Positions 14,238 to 25,466 of a DNA stretch of 64,000 nucleotides are shown in pieces. The DNA comes from Azolla caroliniana (Eukaryota; Plantae; Polypodiophyta), in NCBI GenBank assembly GCA_043228905.1, contig JBHGNT010000003.1:15872001-15936000 (forward strand), read 5' to 3'. Position 1 is the first letter of the stretch; each line of letters begins with the position of its first letter. Position numbers and translations under genes: made by a program. The notes under the pieces were generated by a model, which was not told the DNA's origin, ran no database searches, and saw only the letters and a program-made list of their open reading frames with translations.

Positions 14238-14671
14238 TGTCATGAACACATGACCATTATGGCGTCACCCAAACTTGAACCTCGAACCTTGTAATCTATA
14301 CTTGAAAACCTCAACCATTAAGATAGCTTATTATTATATAAAATAATAAAAGCTACTTCTTGTATTACATTGATTATTGTAAAACCTCTAGATTATTCTA
14401 GAATGTCCTAGAGCATTCTAGGTCTAGAACATTCTAGAACATTCTAGAAATCTCTAAGCTATTCTATAGGAACCTATAAATAAGGGCATACATGTATTCT
14501 CAAATCAATTCGAATCACCACCAGTCTTTAGCTCTCATTACATATCTTGTATCCATTCTCTTTCTTTCTCTATCTTATACATCCATTCTTCTCTTAGTAT
14601 TTCGTTCCTTTCTTCTCGTGTTCTCTAATATCCTTCTTCCATCACTCTATCTTTTATCCTTGGTTTTGACA
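14238..14671 (+). mobile_element. Solo LTR (434 bp) containing an antisense tRNA-like segment and TCTAGA repeats
   Basis: TGTCA...TGACA termini, 5-bp TSD GGTAT/GGTAC, TTCTAGA repeats at ~14388-14460, TATAAATA at ~14475, tRNA-like segment at 14260-14334. Confidence 0.8.
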
Positions 14672-15559
14672 GGTACAAACTACAAAATAGATGGAAAATA
14701 AGAGAAAAAGGACGATCCCAATGGCTAGCCATGGATCCTTCATTTAACTAAGGATCCATCTCAACATCTAATTTGATTTCAGTATGACTACCAATTCTCC
14801 CATGTTGGCACATGCTTTCAACAACATACTAGAAAATGTCATCATAGTAGTTAGAGACCTTGCACAAGCATTCAAGGATAGAGTTGTATAGCATCCTCAT
14901 TCTTATCCTGCTCAATATAACCCAATAACATGGCCGGCCATTGTACCATATCTCCTCGAATCATGTGTGATAACATAGCTTCCATGATATCATTGATATC
15001 ATATATGTTGGGAATTCATTTTGTTCGCAAACAAAGGTTATTAATAGAAACTAGATCATTTTTACGTTGTAGCTCCATGCAACATACAACCAATTTAAGA
15101 CTAACACGACTAAGATACATCCTAGTTTGAACATGGGGGTACTTTTATGGTTCTAGGTTCCCTCTAAAAACCCTTATTCTACCACATACATCTCTAGTCG
15201 GGGTTGACAATATTCAAGACAACGCCATAAATTCCTATCTCATTCTAAATCAACACTCCAATTACTTCCTCTTCATCTCCCTTGTATGAGTATCATAGAA
15301 AGTTCTCTATACTTCCTTGTTTTGGTGATTCTAGACATCATGAATTTGTTCATGTACTTCCCGAGAATCACATTACTTATAGCCTCTCTATCTTTTTGAA
15401 GGATGAATGGTCTCTTGGGCAAGACACATTTACTATTTTTAGCCTTAGGTCAAGATTTCTAGATCTTTTTGTCTACAAAAAGGAATGCACTTCAAGCTTC
15501 AACTTCCTTCACATGCAATCAACTATCCACTATCTCATTGGTTTACTTTAACAATTGGC

Positions 15560-16080
15560 AAATGCCTTGGTTTAAACCAAATTGGGTCACAAAGATCTTG
15601 GCTTCACAACTTAATGGTTTAAACAATTTGGTTTGGTTCAACTTCCCAAATTTTCATACAGTTCGGTTAAGCTTGGAGGTTCAAGGGTTCAGTTTAATTC
15701 GGTTTGAGCCTTCGGCGACTAAACTATTTTTGGTTTAAACGGCTTCAAAGTACAACTTAAATGGCTTAACAATTACAATTAAGAAATTTTTAAAATTCTT
15801 TTTAAATATCAATTAACATTATAAAACAAGACTTACAAGCTATTAACATAATTTGAGATCCAATATTTTTTTCTTTGTTGAGTTAATAACTAGGAAATTT
15901 TGGTTAGAAAAATCTTTATTAAAAAATTGTGCAAAAGTTCACTCAAAATTGAAGCTCAACAACTTAATGGTTTGTAAATATGTTGACCTTGGAAATCCCT
16001 CAAATGCCTTGGTTTAAATTGTTTTGGTTTTAATGATTTTCACGTAAATTGTTTCACGGTTTGGTTTGGTCAAATAAGGG
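15560..16080. mobile_element. MITE-like remnant resembling the AUX1-intron elements in inverted orientation
   Basis: Dense GGTTT/TGGTTCAA/TTCGGTT motifs around an AT-rich core. Termini not resolved. Confidence 0.4.
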
Positions 16081-17120
16081 TGAAGGAACTTTTTCACAAA
16101 AATGTCAAATAATGAATCTGGCATCTTTAACACAAATCGATTTTGTCAAATACTTAATGGTGGGGTATAGTCTACATGATTAGCGACTTCACACAAAGAG
16201 AATTTAGCCCTCCTATTTCTTAGGTTAAATCTTGTTCTTTCCTTCTCTTACTTTTGGTAATCTTTCTAGAATGCACACAACCTTGATGTTTTCTTCTATA
16301 TGTTTCACCACAATATTTCATCAAGATTGTTCCAAATACATATCATGATTTACTTTGCTTTTATACTTTCCTTAGGATTGGGCCACATGTGCAATTCTAA
16401 AGCACATTGTTTTAAAAAGAATAAGAAAAAGTATATTAACATCATTAAAGCATATATAGCCACCGCAAAATAAATCAAATTCGAATGTGTCGTGAATAAT
16501 TATATTCAAATCTAAATCAAAGAGGAGAGAAAGAGTATCATTAACATGTTTTCCCATCACAAACTAGCTCCCATGGGACACATTATCTCAATTACATTTT
16601 CTGTCTTGAATATTCTTGTCTTAATCCTCTGCTACTTCCCACTAATTTCTCTTTCTCTATGTGGTGTGTTTGATAATTTGTTATCCTCACCCCACATTTT
16701 TGACCCATATGTACATGAAAATGTTTTCAATAAATCGATAACTTAGATCTTGGCTCTTCCAACTATGTATATGTGCATTGTTTCTTGAATGCCTCTAGGG
16801 TTGCATATGCCAAGGTCATTGAGAATGTTGTAGGTACATCACTCTCACTATACTAGATTAGTTCCAATCTTTCCTTATTTGATATAGTTTCAAATACGAT
16901 CTATCTAGAAGCCAAATAGGGTAATGTATATCCCTTGATTACTTCAATATTGTACACACAACATTTGGAACTCCATTTGTGCCCTTATTCTGCTTGCTAT
17001 AGTCTCATGTACTAAATATACCATCCACTACATATCCTTGGATACTCCACAATAACATTTAGTCTCTTCATTACTTTTTCCATGTGAGACATCAAATTCT
17101 TTGTGAAAGTGTACACCATC

Positions 17121-17121
<1 letters not shown>

Positions 17122-17164
<43 letters not shown>
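17122..17164. repeat. (AG)n microsatellite
   Basis: Pure AG run. Confidence 0.9.
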
Positions 17165-17165
<1 letters not shown>

Positions 17166-19093
17166 ATGTCTTTATGTGTGAGTCAACTAGTACAACTACT
17201 TGTTAGTTTTTAATTTACAATTATTTAGCAACCAAAATATAATCTACAAGGATAAACATCCATAGTGGCGTAAACAATGATGTAAAGTAGATTGCAGAAT
17301 TCCTTACCTCAAACGAATCACAATAAAATCAAGCATTACGTCCTATATGTGTTCTCTTTGTGTAGTGTCTTTACAAAACACTCATGGATTTGACCCTTGG
17401 TTGTCTTCACACAGTAATGTTGACCATCCTATTACGGCTACTTTAACATTACATTGGAGGAAATTGCGCTACTCATTGAAGACTTCTAGGTAGAAGGAGG
17501 ACTTAACTTTAACACGTGTAGAATTTAGAAATCTCCTCTCTCATCTGTTTGTTGATGGTCAATGACAATCAAATTTGGTAGCTCGTCCATCAATATTGGG
17601 AAAAACATATGGGACTAGGATAGAAAACTAAACAGAATATGCATTGTCGCCTTGTATGAAAGGATCTTTTGAAACTTGACACATTTATGGGACCATTGCA
17701 ACTTTCTTATCATGATCCTCTATTGTAATGTGAAAACAATTGCAAACTTTAGACAATATTTGTTTTTCTAGTAAAATGTGACCATTTTAATTATCTCATG
17801 TATATATATATTTGTATACACAACGTAACACCTATACAAATGAAGGCTACACCATTCAAGAGGTTCTAAATCATTAAATAGATAGTATGTTCTATTAATA
17901 TTATAAGAACCAAGATACTATTGAATTAGTCATTGATATTCATGGTTTCTTATGAAAATGTATATGCCTCTTTCTCTCCACCTTTGTTGAATAATTTTTG
18001 TGCTTATATGTTTTCTCTTAGGATAAGTGTTCATTGTTACAAAATATAATATCTAGATCCATTCTTAAAATAAGTATGTGTTATTTAATAGTTGAACCTC
18101 TTATGCTTGGGATCCATGTGAAGCATATCTTATTGTATCTTTGCGATTATTCATTCTAGACAACACCAATGACTATTTGACAAACACTTCTTGATACATG
18201 TGAGGCATGGCATTGGTCTATTTCTCATTTTGTTTCGTAAATGCATATTGAGGACATGATTATAATGATCGTCTTTCGATGTGCTTCCTTCTTGACCACA
18301 TTTTGGTCATCATTTCCACCAAAAGACATTTTGATATTATTTATATATTGCTAGAGATTTCTATAGTGGTCTCAAGTTACGATAGAAAGATATGTACAAT
18401 TTATTCTCTAATGTGTCTTACAATCAAGGGATTTCCACTTTTTCCAAGATTGCAAAGGAATTTCAGCATATTTTGAAATTTGAAAATGATGGCATCATTC
18501 TACAATTTATGCATACACATTGAGGCTCATCTAATCATCATAAGATAAGGTTATGTGCCATTTGGAATACTTTGTGTGCCATTCTTGTTAGTTGGTATTT
18601 CGGTTAATGAAAATGTTTTATAGCTTGCATGTTCTTATAATGGAAGTTAGGAAATGTTTCCGTCATCATTCTAATACTAATGGTGTCCAACATCAATAAT
18701 ACTCCCCATATTATATGACCTAGAAATATGAACAATTATCAAAAAGTAACATAAAGTGCCTATATTTGAGATATGTTAATTACATTATTAAAGCAAAACA
18801 TTAGTTAGTGGAGAATACCAATCATCAATGGAAAAAATCGATCTGTGGGATAATTTTGCCTCATTAGCAAGTCACACACTATATTTGCATTACGAATTGA
18901 AACAACATGAAAAGCAAAATATTTGTTTGTTAATGGAATGCATATTTGGTCAACAGTTGTGAAAACATTAATAGCTTATGATCAATACCCAAATGAAAAC
19001 TTTACCCAACATACTTATTAGATAAATTACTTTCTTTCAAGAGTATACAATGAAATTTCCCAAGTTACGATGACATTAAACACAAGTTGGTTC

Positions 19094-20460
19094 ACTATTA
19101 TCCTCCAAAGCATACCCGAGAAAGTCACGATGGAAATGAATACATGGCTCGTACGTCCCCTATCAATCATCGAGATATGGGAGGCCCTCTATGATCTGGA
19201 TGTAGATAGTTGCCCCGGAATTGACGGCCTTACCCCTCACTTTTTCACATGCCTTTGGGACACTATTAAAGAAGACCTCCTCCAGGCATATGAGGAGATC
19301 ATCACCTTGGAAACATGCCTGAGGAATTTGGACAGGGGATGATACATCTCATTCCTAAAAGTGGTGGGAGTGCCAATGGCATTAGCAAGTGGCGGCCCAT
19401 AACTCTTCTCAATATTGTCTATAAGTTACCCGCAAAAATCGTGGCACGCCGTTTAACACCACTTCTCCCTCAACTCATTCATCCATCCCAGACAGGTTTC
19501 GTTAGAAATCGGAGCATCCTAGACAACCTCTTCTCATTCTGGGAAGCAGTAGCCCTTTCAAAGCGTACCAACAACAAGGTAGCAGTGGTACTACTAGATT
19601 TTGAGAAAGCATATGACAGGGTATGCTAGAACTTTCTCGAATGTGTGATGGGGAAACTTGGCTTTCAAGAGACATGGATCAGAGGCATTCCCAGACTTAT
19701 ATGAACGACAACAATTGCGTCTCACTAGCAGGTGAAAGGGGCCCCTTTTTCCGACTATTCCGATTTGTACTACAAGGATGCCCATTAGCTCCATCCTTAC
19801 TTCTATTATACGCTGAAGCACTCTCTTGCTTTCTCAACTCGAGACATCTCAACCTACGTGGTCTTCCTGTGCCTCATTCTCATCAAAGCATCATGGATAT
19901 AGAATTTGCAGATGACACAACGGTCTACATGCAAGGGGACTTGGAAAACCTACAAAAGCTCGAAAGTGGGTTAGCCATATTTTGCAAGAGATCCAATGCC
20001 ATGATCAATTGGCACAAATCCTGTGCAATATGGCTTTCTGATGAAACACATCCTGTGTGGTACCCACATCCTGTGTGGTACCCACATCCTGCTTTCAAAT
20101 GGATCAATCAAGGAACAAGCACCAAATATTTGGATTTCCAAATTGGTTTCAACATACCTCTGGAGACTATGATTGCACCCATTATCCATACCATTCGACA
20201 AAAGTTGATACATTGGAGTTCGAAAAAACTGTCGCTAGCGGGTCGCATCATAGTGGCAAACCAGGTACTACTCGCAACAACATGGTATAGTCTATCATGT
20301 TAGACAATCTCCAAGGAAAGTATACATCAGATTCAACGACTGGTACGCAACTACATTTGGTCTGGTAAGGAAGATCATGTAACTCGTGCCAACGTGGCAT
20401 GGCCTATACTCACAACACCTAAGTCGAGAGGGGGATTGGGTCTTATTGATCCCCTCTTAC
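19094..20460 (+). mobile_element. L1-clade LINE ORF2, 5'-truncated, reverse transcriptase part (frameshifted)
   Basis: SCPGIDG, KWRPITLLNIVYK, QTGFVRNRSILDN, LLDFEKAYDRV, LQGCPLAP, EFADDT, LSLAGRIIVANQVL, ending abruptly after GGLGLIDPLL at ~20460. Confidence 0.92.
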
Positions 20461-20637
20461 ATTGGTAGTCAGCAATACACACGGTGAAACCAATGTCATA
20501 AGTCAACAAACAAAGTATATAGAAATAAAATTGAAACATATAGAAGAATATAAAGAATGGAATACACCAAGTAGAACCCAAAATTTGTATTAGTAATGTG
20601 AATTCCTAACAATACATTTCGTCAACAAAAGAGTCTA

Positions 20638-23600
20638 TTACATAGCAATCAAATCATCAATGTCATTTTCTTCTTCATCTATTATAGAAGTCTCTTCGGC
20701 TATACGTGCATTGTCTTCCCATGTTAGCCAAGCCAACATAATATCTTCATTAAGCTCATCATCAGGCTCTATTAGCTCCCCCGGTTCCCTGGCTAATGGA
20801 GGAATAGGCTCTCGCGAAGCAGGTTGAAACCTTTCGGTATCAGCGAGGTTCTTTGCACCGACCTCCTCATCCTAGTCTGGGCACTCCCACAAAGCCTTAA
20901 TCCTCATGTTTATAAATATAACTTGCTCCTCGTCCTTCTCCAATGCAACTATGTTTCTGAAGAGCTTCAATGCACATGCAGACGTTGTCCCTGTGAAGAA
21001 AGCAACAAGAAGAATTAGTTTTCAAACAAAAAAGAATCAGTATAGGTTATCTCAAGATCATTAACCTAGTTCGAGGAATACCTGTGCCAGAAAAGAGGTC
21101 TAATATCCAATCTCCTTCTACAGAAAACATCTCGATCAAGCACATCATAAGTCGTTGAGGTTTTTGGTATGGGTTGACAAGTCCTAGTTCTATCGTGGTG
21201 ACATGTCACAATTTCCGTGTCACTACTGGATATACCAACAGATTTGAACCTCCGACTTCATTAGAATGCTCCCAGATTCTTTGTTTCTTTATTTTATCGA
21301 AGTAGCCAACCGTAATGTATTCAATGGCATTTACGAAACGAAAGGTTGACCGTCTATTGACATTGGTTTTTATCCTATAACAAATATTGCATCGAGTTAA
21401 GAATAGATTGAACAATATTAAGAAAGGCAATATAGTGAATGAGACTTATAAATAATCCTTACCATGCAAGGTTCTCGATGCCATGGCAACGAGATCTCAA
21501 AGCTTGAGCTACCGAGTACCCTTGGTCCATACTATGAAAGATAACTATCCTCCACAAGGATGCAGTCGTTAGCTCAGCAAAATCCTTCAAAATCCTTGAC
21601 CATCTTCTCTTACTGTTTGAACCTAAAAGGTTCATCGTCGTATGATGACCCTGCCATTCGAAATTCGTATGGAATATCAACAATCATTAGCGTATATTCC
21701 TTCTTTGGCACTTTTTGGATCATGTCAACGACATCGCCGCAAATCACGTTGTAGTAAAGATCTTTAGTAATGTCCTTTTTGTGGCTAATTTTTTTGAAGG
21801 AACCATCTTCCTCAATTTCGTACGCCTTGACTAAGCGACGATCCATTTCTTTTCTGGCTCTCTCGAGATGTGCAAGGAAGGATGTTAGGAAATCGTGTAT
21901 ATCCTTAACTTCTCCTTGTTTCTTGCCACGACATGGTTTCTAATAGAAGCAATAAGACATCAAGATTATTACACAACTTCTACATATGAGGAAAACTTAA
22001 TGAAAAACACCAATACTAACCCAATCCTTGAATGCAATAAAATACTCGGATAACGCCTTATATGAAGACGTTAAAGGATAATCCTCGGTCACTTGTTCCC
22101 AAGTTATACATCCAAGTTGTTTCATCATAACTTCTTGGATCTTGATGTACACCTTATGATTGTGAAATTAGAAAACGAGATTAGAACTTTCAATTGCACC
22201 ATATTGAATTCAATATCACTATTTGAAAGACTTACTTATTGAACTCAGTCACCATTTCTTCAAGACTTAATTCTTTCGCCACAAACCTTGACAAAACAGA
22301 CACAAGAAGCTACTCATCCTTAATACCTTGCATCGCTCTCCACAGAGATAGCTTCATGTCGTCAACTATTTCTTCAATTGTCAAATCAATTTTCTTGGCC
22401 GCTTGTGACTTTAATTCTAGATGAGGGTCTACCTTACATTTCTTTTGTCATTGACCCTTGACTTTCTTATTCTCCCAGATTGAGAAGATTTGATCTTGTA
22501 GGTCCCATACTTCTCCATCTCTAAAGGCAAGTTGAAACTAGGACTCATATTTCCGAAGACCATCCGACTTAACATTATCATCCACCACAATGCCGACCTC
22601 ATGAAGACATTGACGTCGTAGGCCGGGGTGTAGCTTCACACCAAACTTTTGTTTGACGTCCAGGTATTCATGGTGGAAGAACCTCATCCGTTCAATAGAT
22701 TACATTTTTTGCCTATAGTCGTTGTCGTTGTTGTGGTCCCATGCCAAAAACTTTGCCTCTTCAGTTGTGAGGCCCACGTATATTTTGCACTCGGCATACT
22801 TGAAGAAGAAAGTAGTTGGGTGCTCTCTAACAAGTTACCATCGTGCTTCAGCCGAATGTGATCCACCAATTACAAAGTACTTGTATTGATCATGCTTTCT
22901 CACATTGAAGTCCTCAGTTGTGGAACATTCTTTGGGATCTACCATCACAATGAAAGGCACAACTGTAGCATGCAGATTTATTTTCATTTTTTTCTTGAGA
23001 TTCTGAACATGCATTCGGTGTGGCTCTTTGATCTCAAGTGGTCTTCGTCCTATTTTTACAACTACTGGGGCCGATGGATGTATATTATAGGCAAATTAAA
23101 CACTTGCCCTTTTCTCACCAGTTTGCGCTTCATTAACTCTTTCCGTATCTGATTCTGCTCGTATGACAACACACCAGATACCAGCTTAGCACTTGGCGTT
23201 CCCCTAATGTTCTCATCTTCGGTTGAGCTTGATGAGTCGGAGTTAGACATTTTAGTGGTCTTGATTGCACTTTAGATGCCCTTTTTGGGGCCTTCACCGG
23301 GGAGGGAAAGGGCTCCCTTAGAGTTACATGGCCTTGTATATAAGGCCTCAAGGTGACAATAAGGTTTTGTGAGCTTTGTAGATATTTTTTAAAAGATTCT
23401 GGCCCACAAGATTCCTTTACTAGTTGATCTTCAGAAAGGTACACTTTACGTACCCCCTTCGAGCACTCTATCATTACAAGAATGTTGGCTGAATCTAAAT
23501 CTTCGTAGTCAAATCGTAAAATACGGCCATACATAAATGCGGTGTTATTTTCAAGCTGATCGTCGCCCTTCTTCTTTGCCGTATACAACACGACTTTTTT

Positions 23601-24502
23601 CTTGGAGTAGTAGCTAACATACTGCATACACCATTCCTTGTCCGTTAGATTACGGTCAGGAAGGTCCTCACCACCAGTAGTAGCTAACATTTCCTTTTGG
23701 CTAATTCCGTCTGATGGTTGAGATTTTGTCTCCTCGTTGAAGAGAAGTTTTTTTCCTCTCTTCATGTTCTGAGGAACTATTTGTTTCTGGGTCTCAATTA
23801 GAGAGCCCTGAATTCAGAGCTTTATTTTCTTCACAGGTCGGTTAGACAAGCTCTCAAACAACCTATTTAAGAAAGGACATGTGAAAATATAAGTTAGTTG
23901 GTTGCCTAGATTAAGGTTGGATGTTAAAATATACATAAACAGACCAAGACAAAAACTAGCAAGCGATTTGTGCTAAACTCTAAATATCAATCATACTTTT
24001 TGTGAACATGATAAACCTTTATTGTTAATTTAAATCTAGTAAGGGCTATTCACTTCGAATATTATATATCTTAATAATTTTACAAGGGTATATATCATAT
24101 TGGAGGGTAGGTATGGTTTATATTGATTCCATATCCCATATTGTTAAGAATTTTAGTATGATAGATTTGAATTTGGTATCATAAAGGTAATTCGTGGGTT
24201 ATTTTCTTTTATTTTAATAGGTCATAAAACCTGTTTCAATAAGGGCCCTAAATGGTACAAAATGTAGCAAATGTCACTAAAAAAGTCTGAATTGGACATA
24301 AAATTGGTATCTTTTCAAACATATATCAGAATGTTCCCCCAAAGACACAATATTCCAGTATAAAGTTTGTATAAAACACAAACTCTATACAGGAACTCGA
24401 TATGGCGTATCGAGTTCTTGAGTGCTAAAACATATTTACAAAAATGTCTGTACTACTAGGCGATTACTTGGATTCTTGACGCTTGCTCTTCTTCGAAGAC
24501 AT
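20638..24502 (-). pseudogene. Spliced ParB/Srx-like domain plus beta-class N6-adenine/N4-cytosine DNA methyltransferase fusion gene, disrupted by stops and frameshifts
   Basis: Exons approximately 24502-24468, 23862-22236, ~22160-22021, ~21939-21463, ~21375-21082 and 20990-20638. ParB-like: LEIKEPHRMHVQNLKKKM...VPFIVMVD...YFVIGGSHSAEAR...IYVGLTTEEAKFLAWDHN. MTase: VICGDVVDMI...LMIVDIPY (21667-21678), AWIK, IEYITVGY, NPYQKPQRLMMCLIEMFSVEGDWILDLFSGT|GTTSACALKLFRNIVALEKDEEQ. Confidence 0.88.
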
Positions 24503-24623
24503 GATTCTCGTCATCGATGCTTATGGGGGAGATGACGATTTGGTGTTGCGTGCTCTCGGTTGTTTGTGCTCTGTGTGCTCTGTGTGCTCTGTTCTGCGTG
24601 TGAGTGATTGCGAAATGAGGGGT

Positions 24624-24640
24624 ATTCCTATTTATAGGGA
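24624..24640 (-). promoter_or_regulatory. Putative TATA box of the ParB-MTase gene
   Basis: Minus-strand TCCCTATAAATAGGAA about 125 bp upstream of the first-exon ATG. Confidence 0.55.
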
Positions 24641-24804
24641 TTGACCACTGTAACCAGGGTTGGTAAACTTAAGGTTAGTTAGTTAGACCTAAGAAAGAGT
24701 TTCTTTGACCTTAGGACACTTTTTTCTTAGACCTTAGTACACTTTATTTAGTACATAATCTTGAATGTACCAATGACTCTCTAATAGATTTGAATTAAAT
24801 GATG

Positions 24805-25110
24805 CTTATGAATGAATCAATGATTAACTACTCAAACTAACATATTAATGATTATTTTATACTCAAACTAACATACAATGCCTTTAAAGATCATAAATAA
24901 AACAATGATGAGGTTCATGAATGAACCAATGATTGAATACTCAAAGCAACATTTTTATGACTCTCTAATGTTTTGTATTAAAGATGTGGCCATGAATGAA
25001 CCAATGATTGAAAAGGTTTATATTTAAAATGGTGGGCATGAATGAACCAATGATTGAGAAGTTCTATATTAAATATGGGTGCCATTAATTAACCAATGAT
25101 TTTAACTTTA
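24805..25110. repeat. Imperfect direct repeats of ATGAATGAACCAATGATT between the divergent genes
   Basis: Motif recurs near 24808, 24917, 24992, 25038 and 25085. Confidence 0.7.
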
Positions 25111-25466
25111 AACCAACATATATATGGCTTGGTAATGATTGTAAATATATTATACATGATGGCTAAAGTAAATTTAATTTAAATTATATACTATAGGATT
25201 AATAAGGTATAAAATATAATTGATTTGACTTTATACTGACTAGTTTAAGTAATTATTAATATGTTGAATAAATTTATTATATTAAAAATAATATCTTTAT
25301 TTATTGTATTAATATAATATTAAATAATATAGACATTATATTGAGGGAGCTTATGTTTAGAGAGGAGTTTATGTTTAGAGTGGAGTTTCTGTTTAGAGAG
25401 GAGCTTATTAGTTTTTTATATTAGCCCAAGCACATAACTTGAAAAGCTCTATGTGGACCTTAAGCC

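Noticed and set aside
20049-20090. HPVWYP duplication in LINE ORF2
   Set aside because: A simple 18-bp tandem duplication in a dead element.
20461-20500. Left TIR and TSD for the Sola1-like element
   Set aside because: No convincing reverse-complement match to the right end (28460-28518). Only a 3-bp TAC is shared at the junctions, and LINE sequence appears to be missing, so a deletion is more likely.
20638-24502. Bacterial contamination or a restriction-modification system
   Set aside because: The gene has GT-AG introns and a plant-type TATA box, is embedded in a plant LINE, and has no adjacent endonuclease.
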